A stretch of DNA of 64,000 nucleotides from Eledone cirrhosa (Eukaryota), in assembly GCA_964016885.1 (NCBI GenBank), contig OZ024751.1, positions 10,044,001-10,108,000 on the forward strand, read 5' to 3'. The translations under genes and the position numbers were made by a program. A model generated the notes under the pieces. That model had not been told where the DNA came from. It ran no database searches and worked only from the letters and a program-made list of their open reading frames with translations. Position 1 is the first letter of the stretch, and each line of letters opens with the position of its first letter. Below, piece by piece: positions 56,481 through 64,000 of the stretch.

Positions 56481-57032
56481 AACCAGTAGGACCCCGACGG
56501 CTGAGCTCAAGCCGTTTCGACGGCTAATTCTGTATATATATATATATCAAAATGAAAATCTGAAGGCAAGGTAAATTTCCAATCATTTTAATCACGACAC
56601 ATGTTTCAATAAGAGATAGATCGATCGTAAAGCCATGATCTATTATCACTGATCTCATCAGGTGAAAATGAATTGTCTTCAAATTCTTGATATGAGGGAG
56701 AAAATTAGCAATGTTCACTCACAGAGTTTATTCCCTCATTTGAAGATCCAGTCGTCAGAAATACGGCGACTGCTATCAGCTTCAGTTAGGGTCATAAAAC
56801 TGTCAAATTTATCTCTTATTGAAACATGTGTCGTGATTAAAATGATTGGAATTTTACCTTGCCTTCAGATTTTCATTTTGATTCTTATACTCCGTTTTAC
56901 ATCATTTAGCTGTTCCCTTGAATGGAATTGGAGATATACAAAAGCGTGGAGAACTTAATATTGCTAACATAAATTTATTGTACTGTTTTACCCAACCAAT
57001 AATACACCTTACTATATAACAACTATATATAT

Positions 57033-57413
57033 ATACGATATATTAACAAATGGAAACTATATTTATAAAACCATATTTATTTCATTATACATATTTCAAG
57101 GACACCAAGTTAAATTATGGTGTGCTTTCATCAGATAAAATATAATATAGAGAGCTTCCAACAGAAATGGTCGCATTCTTTAAGGGTATGTCAATATTTA
57201 TTTATAAAACTGCTCTATATTATATTTTATCTGATGAAAGCACACCATAATTTAACTTGGTGTCCTTGAAATATGTATAATGAAATAAATATGGTTTTAT
57301 AAATATAGTTTCCATTTGTTAATATATCGTATTTTTACTCCAATAATTTGTTGAGTGCTTTATATCAGTTATAAAAATATTTGCTTGTATCCCAACAATT
57401 TAAATAGAACTTC

Positions 57414-57417
<4 letters not shown>
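57033..57417. mobile_element. Short inverted-pLTR insert carrying two opposite HHRs
   Basis: 57033-57155 is the reverse complement of 57212-57332; ~85-nt tail; same termini at 46950-47176. Confidence 0.85.
57223..57287 (+). ncRNA. HHR family N (mirror copy 57078-57142 minus)
   Basis: TATTTTAT-CTGATGA-AAGCACACCA..TGGTGTCCTT-GAAA-TATGTA-TA-ATGAAATA. Confidence 0.85.
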
Positions 57418-57505
<88 letters not shown>

Positions 57506-58197
57506 TCTTTAAGTCGTTTGGAAGCCTCGACAATGCAAATGGGTAAATCTCCGGGTAACAAGGTCCGGTGGTGGAGAGAGAGATGTAAGTGGGTGTACGT
57601 TGAGATGCGTGGTGTGTATAAGATGTGTGAGATGTGTAGAATGAAGGGAAGGGTATAAAGGATAAAAATAAAAATAACAATACAAGAGAGAGTTACCTTG
57701 GGAGAGATTTAATAGTCCCTATATATTTCGGATTCACATCCATCAACTGGGGTGTTTTTCCGGGGTGAGCAAAAGGTTGTCTGTCGGACAAGTCCGGAAC
57801 GTGTCTTTATGTATACATATATATATATATATATATAGTTTCGTTGACAAATATATCAATGTTCCCAGACGCGCAGATATATTGCCCTTGGTATGACAGG
57901 CTAACCTTTGGAATTTTGAAATTGCAGAATATGAATTGCGCTGCAAATATGTTGAATGATAGAACCACACTCAAGGCAGTGTGCGACAGTATATATTGAC
58001 TTCCGGCCGACCCAGGAGGGGTCACACCCGACTGTGAATAGATTACAACCTCCGGATTCAGTAATCTACACGAAAACCACGTGGCGGACATGTAAATAAC
58101 TTAGTTGTCATTGACAGTTTTAGCCGTGAGTTTTCTATATTTTTTACAGAAATGTGCACCCACTCTAATAAACCCGCTTATTATTGTAACCACATCA

Positions 58198-58388
58198 GGG
58201 CGGTGGATTGGCAGTATCGGTAGAGAGTCGGACGCCATGCTTTCCAGCATAGTTACGTCCCTTTGCGGTCTGAGTTCAAATCCCGCCGAGGTTAACTTTG
58301 CCTTTCATCCTTACGGGGTCGATAAAATAAAGTACCAGTAATGTACTGGGTAATTGCTGGCCTTGTGCCAAAAGTAGAAACAATTATT
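58198..58388 (+). mobile_element. tRNA-derived SINE, well-preserved copy
   Basis: A/B boxes, conserved body, AAACAATTATT tail; TTATTGTAACCACATC flanks both sides as a TSD-like duplication. Confidence 0.85.
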
Positions 58389-59972
58389 GTAACCACATCT
58401 GCTTTTCCTCCACTCTGCCATAGGTAATTCTGGAAGCGAAGTTCTCTGTATACACCTTCTGTTTATGTGAAGGAATAGCCATCACGATTTACATTCATGC
58501 GGTATAACTGTATACGGTATGACAATTTGTTTCGATGCCGATTTGACCTTACAGTGAATTTCACTTGGGACGTTGGATTGACTGACTGACGTTGGATTGA
58601 CTGACTGACGTTGGATTGGCTGACTTTGGGAGATTGCAGCTTTTGCGGACCAGTCGTATTTTCAATTTCCTCACTGGAGTGCCGGCTGTACATATACCCT
58701 ACCTCTCTTCAACTCATCGTACTTTATTTTATTTTAGATTTAGGGGTTTATCGCTGACTGCCTATCCGGATAAATCCCTGGATTATATGTTTTGGAAACA
58801 GCGTTACTTCGCCTAACGTTCGGAACTGGAACCAATGGATGTTGTCCGTAGGGTGCTGATAAGATACGGAGGATAGACCTATTACAAATCGGTATAACCT
58901 TCCTATAGACAATCCTACATGTAAAGCTGCACCAACTATCCTTCTCACAGACTCATGCTTGCAAGATCTCTTAATCTGCCTGTACATCCTGTATCTACAC
59001 TGCTTGTGCTTTGATGGATCTATGCCTTGATTTGTTTGTTTATTTTGGTGTTTTGCTTTTGCGTTTTTTATTGTTTTTATTTTTTGTTATTGTTTTTTAT
59101 CATGCTGAGTAACACCTTCACTCATTCCCTGCTACCCTCTCCCAACCTCCTTGTCATCTATTGCACCATGTAAATGATACATTTTTAATGTGATCTTTGA
59201 TGTAATTCTTTGACATTTTTTATGACATTTTTAATGACATATTTTATGACATTTTAAGACAGTATATGCGTCATGAATTGTGTCTGTTTCTATTTTGCGC
59301 TGGCCTCGGGACCCCCTGCTGGCCCCTTAACCTTGTTCTGGTGACGCAGCTTGATGGAGCATGCAACTATTGATATACTCTTGTTTATAGGCAACCCCAC
59401 CAAGGTTTCTTGGTGAGGAGGGTGACTTTGGACATCATGCAGGACTAAAAACAAAATCTGCAGGACTAAAAACAAAATCTCTCAAAGGGAAAAGGAGCTC
59501 TTAAGAGTCAATGGCCATCCAAAATCACTGGGAGAGATGACCCCTTAGCCTTTGTCAAGGCAGAATTCTAGGAGAAGGAAAACTCTGATATAACACCTGC
59601 AACCCTGATGGTATCCAATGATGTTGACTTGTTCTTCTTTTTGGTAAATATCATCTTGGTTAAGAGAGTGGGACTGGCTTTGTGCAGTGCCTTGGCTCAC
59701 TATAAAAGCTTCACGGCACAGGCATTGCTTTATATCTGGAGATCTCTCTGCACTTGTCGTCACATGGTACTATGGGCCCAGCACTATGTGTCAGTAACTG
59801 TCACAAGTGTAGTGTTTGTACCAGAGTTTTCAAGTCGCTGGCTGGACTAAAATGTCACACTCGTTCAGCGCATCGGTAGGGGTTCTCCTACATGGATATA
59901 AAGTAGTGGCCGTACTCGAAAACGAGTTGGCAGCCACCATATATATATATATACGCGTCTACATATGAACAG

Positions 59973-60060
59973 ATATCTGAGGAGCTTCCGATTCCAGAGT
60001 CAGGAACGAACATTAATCGATCGTTCCTCGAGCTGATCGACAGTGAAACATATGTAATAT
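59973..60060 (+). ncRNA. HHR family O
   Basis: ATAT-CTGAGGA-..AGGAACGA..TCGTTCCT..-GAAA-CATATG-TA-ATAT. Confidence 0.6.
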
Positions 60061-60112
60061 GTAATTAAATATGTGAATGATGAAACACTGATTCTTTGCT
60101 CCCTTTTAATAT

Positions 60113-60328
60113 TGGTTTCTTATATAGGCACAAGGCCAGTAATTTGGGGGGAGGGGAAAGTCGATTAGATCGACTCCAGTGCGTGACTGGTACTTTATTT
60201 TATCGACCTCGTAAGGATGAAAGGCAAAGTTAACCTCGGCGGGATTTGAACTCAGATCATAAAGGGCCGTAACTCTATGCTTCAAAGCATGGTGTCCGAC
60301 CCTCTACCGATACTGCCAATCCACCGCT
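60113..60328 (-). mobile_element. tRNA-derived SINE
   Basis: Reverse complement of the SINE seen at 58198. Confidence 0.85.
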
Positions 60329-60649
60329 CCCTTTTAATATTATTATATAAATATGTATGTGTATATGTGTATATGTGTATATGTGTGTGTGTGTGTGTGT
60401 TGTGTTTGTATGTGTGTGTGTATGTGTGTGTGTTGTGTGTGTATGTATGTGTGTATTGTGTGTGTGTATGTGCGTGTGTGTTGTGTGTGTGTGGGTGTGC
60501 TGTGTGTGTATGTGTATATGTGTGTGTGTGTATATATGTGTGTGTGTTGTGTGTGTGTGTATATGTGTATGTGTATGTGTGTGTGTGTATGTGTATATAT
60601 ATGTGTGTGTGTGTTGTGTGTGTGTTGTGTGTGTGTGTGTATGTGTGTG

Positions 60650-60713
<64 letters not shown>

Positions 60714-60753
60714 ATGTGTATATGTGTGTGTGGTGTGTGTGTGTGTATGTGTG

Positions 60754-60800
<47 letters not shown>

Positions 60801-60946
60801 TAGGCGTGCTATGGATTACATCGAACCCAGAACTTGACTGGTTCTTTATTTTATTGACCCGGGGAAAATAAACTGCAAAGTCGCAACTAAATATCACAAA
60901 TATATTTACCTGACGCTCTACCGATCCTACCTTAAGACCCCAGCTT

Positions 60947-62450
60947 TTACTACCACTACTACTACTACTGTTACAGCTACTAATACCACCACCACTACCA
61001 CTACTACCATTATTATTACTACTACTAATACTATTACTACCACCACTACCTCTATTACTATTACTACTAGGACCACTACTACTAATTCTACTACCACCAC
61101 CGCTGCTACTACTATTACTACTACCACCACTACCATCACTACTAATACTACAACAGCTGCTACTAATAATAACACCACCACCACTACTCCTACCACAACT
61201 ACTACCATCACTACTACTACTACTACTACTGCTGTTACTAATAATAATAACACCACCACCACTACTCCTACCACAACTACTACCATCACTACTACTACTA
61301 CTACTACTACTATTACTAATAATAATAACACCACCACCACTACTCCTACCACAACTACTACCATCACTACTACTACTACTACTACTGTTACTAATAATAA
61401 TAACACCACCACCACTACTCCTACCACAACTACTACCATCACTACTACTACTACTACTACTGCTGCTGTTACTAATAATAATAACACCACCACCACTACT
61501 CCTACCACAACTACTACCATCACTACTACTACTACTACTACTGCTGCTGTTACTAATAATAATAACACCACCACCACTACTCCTACCACAACTACTACCA
61601 TCACTACTACTACTACTACTACTGCTGTTACTAATAATAATAACACCACCACCACTACTCCTACCACAACTACTACCATCACTACTACTACTACTACTAC
61701 TGTTACTAATAATAATAACACCACCACCACTACTCCTACCACAACTACTACTACTACTACTACTGCTGTTACTAATAATAATAACACCACCACCACTACT
61801 CCTACCACAACTACTACCATCACTACTACTACTACTACTACTGTTACTAATAATAATAACACCACCACCACTACTCCTACCACAACTACTACCATCACTA
61901 CTACTACTACTACTACTGTTACTAATAATAATAACACCACCACCACTACTCCTACCACAACTACTACCATCACTACTACTACTACTACTGCTGTTACTAA
62001 TAATAATAACACCACCACCACTACTCCTACCACAACTACTACCATCACTACTACTACTACTACTGCTGTTACTAATAATAATAACACCACCACCACTACT
62101 CCTACCACAACTACTACCATCACTACTACTACTACTGTTACTAATAATAATAACACCACCACCACTACTCCTACCACAACTACTACCATCACTACTACTA
62201 CTACTACTACTGTTACTAATAATAATAACACCACCACCACTACTCCTACCACAACTACTACCATCACTACTACTACTACTACTACTGTTACTAATAATAA
62301 TAACACCACCACCACTACTCCTACCACAACTACTACCATCACTACTACTACTACTACTACTGTTACTAATAATAATAACACCACCACCACTACTCCTACC
62401 ACAACTACTACCATCACTACTACTACTACTACTGCTGCTGCTGCTACTAC
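60947..62450. repeat. Trinucleotide-built minisatellite (~75-81-bp higher-order unit)
   Basis: GTTACTAATAATAATAACACCACCACCACTACTCCTACCACAACTACTACCATC(ACT)n repeated about 16 times. Confidence 0.95.
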
Positions 62451-62504
62451 TGATGTTGTTGCTACAACTGTAATTGCTGCAGTTACTCTATTAACATATT
62501 GTCG

Positions 62505-64000
62505 CTTGAGGAGGAGGATGATGTTGTTGTTGATAACGATGATGCTGGTGGTTGTGCCGATGATGATGATGATGATGTGATGATGGCGGTGGTGGTGGTG
62601 GTGGTGGTGGTGGTGGTGGTGGTGGTAGGGGATGGAGTGGTGTTGGTGATAAAATTGATGACGACGATGGTGATGCTGGTGGGGGTGATGCTGGTAGTGG
62701 TAGTGGTGGCGATAATGATGCCTGTGTTGTTGGTGATGGTGATGATGATGGCGGCGGTGGTGGTGCTGGTGGTGGTGGTGGTGGTGGTGGTAGGGGATGG
62801 AGTGGTGATGAGGATAAAATTGATGACGACGCTGGCGACGATGGTGATGCTGGTGGGGGTGATGCTGGTAGTGGTGGCGATAATGATGCTTGTGCTGTTG
62901 GTGATGGTGATGATGATGGTGGTGGTGCTGGTGCTGGTGTTGGTGCTGGTGGTGGTAGTAATGATGGTGATGATGATGATAATGGCAGTGATCATAGTGG
63001 CATTAATGATGCTAGTATTGGTGGTGGTGGTGGTGGTGGTGGTTATAGTAATGGTGGTGTGGATGGTATTGATGGTGTTGGTGGCGGTGTTAATGACGAT
63101 GGTGGTAGTAACGATAGTGGCGTTGGTGTTGGTGGTGATAATTATGTTGATGATAGTGGTGGTAGTGGTGGTGGTAGTGGTGATAGTATTAGGGGTGGTA
63201 ATGGTGGTAGTGGTGGTGGTAGTGGTGATAGTGGTGGTAGTGGTGGTGGTAGTGGGGATAGTGGTGATAGTGGTGATAGTGGTGGTGATAGTGGTGGTGA
63301 TAGTGGTGATAGTGTTAGGGGTGATAGTGGTGGCAGTGGTGGTGGTAGTGGTGATAGTGGTGATAGTGGTGGTAGTGGTGGTGGTGGTAGAGGTGGTGGA
63401 AGTGGGGATAGTGGTGATAGTGGTGGTAGTGATGATAGTGTTGGTAGTGGTGGTGGTAGTGGTGATAGTGGTGGTAGTGGTGGTAGTGGTGATAGTGGTG
63501 GTAGTGGTGGTGGTAGTGGTGGTAGTGGTGATAGTGGTGGTAGTGGTGATAGTGGTGGTAGAGGTGGTGGTAGTGGGGATAGTGGTGATAGTGGTGGTAG
63601 TGATGATAGTGTTGGTAGTGGTGGTGGTAGTGGTGGTAGTGGTGATAGTGTTAGGGGTGATAGTGGTGGTGGTAGAGGTGGTGGTAGTGGGGATAGTGGT
63701 GATAGTGGTGGTAGTGGTGGTGATAGTGGTGGTAGTGGTGATTGTGGTGATAGTGGTGGTGATAGTGGTGGTAGTGGTGATAGTGGTGGTGATAGTGGTG
63801 GTAGTGGTGATAGTGGTGATAGTGGTGGTAGTGGTGGTAGTGGTGATAGTGGTGATAGTGGTGGTGATAGTGGTGGTAGTGGTAGTGGTGGTAGTGGTAT
63901 GATAGTGGTAGTAGTAGTGGTGATTGTGTTGATGATGGTGGTGATAATGGTGGTGATAGTGGTGATAGTGTTAGGGGTGATAGTGGTGGTAGTGGTGGCA
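62505..64000. repeat. Degenerate (GTG/GTA/ATG)n low-complexity tract
   Basis: Visible trinucleotide mosaic; poly-Val ORFs are artefacts. Confidence 0.9.

Noticed and set aside
60927-63902. Long poly-Val/Thr ORFs (496 and 467 aa)
   Set aside because: Stop-free frames of trinucleotide satellites

Overview
AT-rich eukaryotic (animal) genomic DNA, saturated with (TA)n/(CA)n microsatellites; the SINE types and repeat landscape suggest an octopus/cephalopod (inference). No host protein-coding gene can be supported, and almost all ORFs in the track are microsatellite artefacts. The real content is a nest of Penelope-like retroelements (PLEs; RT + C-terminal GIY-YIG): one apparently intact element (8570-14180) and four decayed ones. 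Around them are many short non-coding inserts sitting in (TA)n tracts. By eye I find about 15 different type-I hammerhead ribozyme (HHR) families (about 27 copies), most with a tiny self-complementary stem III. They include a U3-A8 compensated core, a U4A core, and recurrent U.U/C.A pairs at the base of stem II. The PLEs and the non-coding inserts share one terminal geometry: an inverted segment starting at a fixed internal site, plus a 35-140 nt 3' tail. A 38-bp footprint consists of only the two ends of the intact element. Together this looks like a (TA)n-targeted PLE/retrozyme system. tRNA-derived SINEs (some in tandem arrays), RTE remnants, hAT and Harbinger-type MITEs, fold-back duplications and minisatellites fill the rest. 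All structures were read manually; no folding or database search was run.
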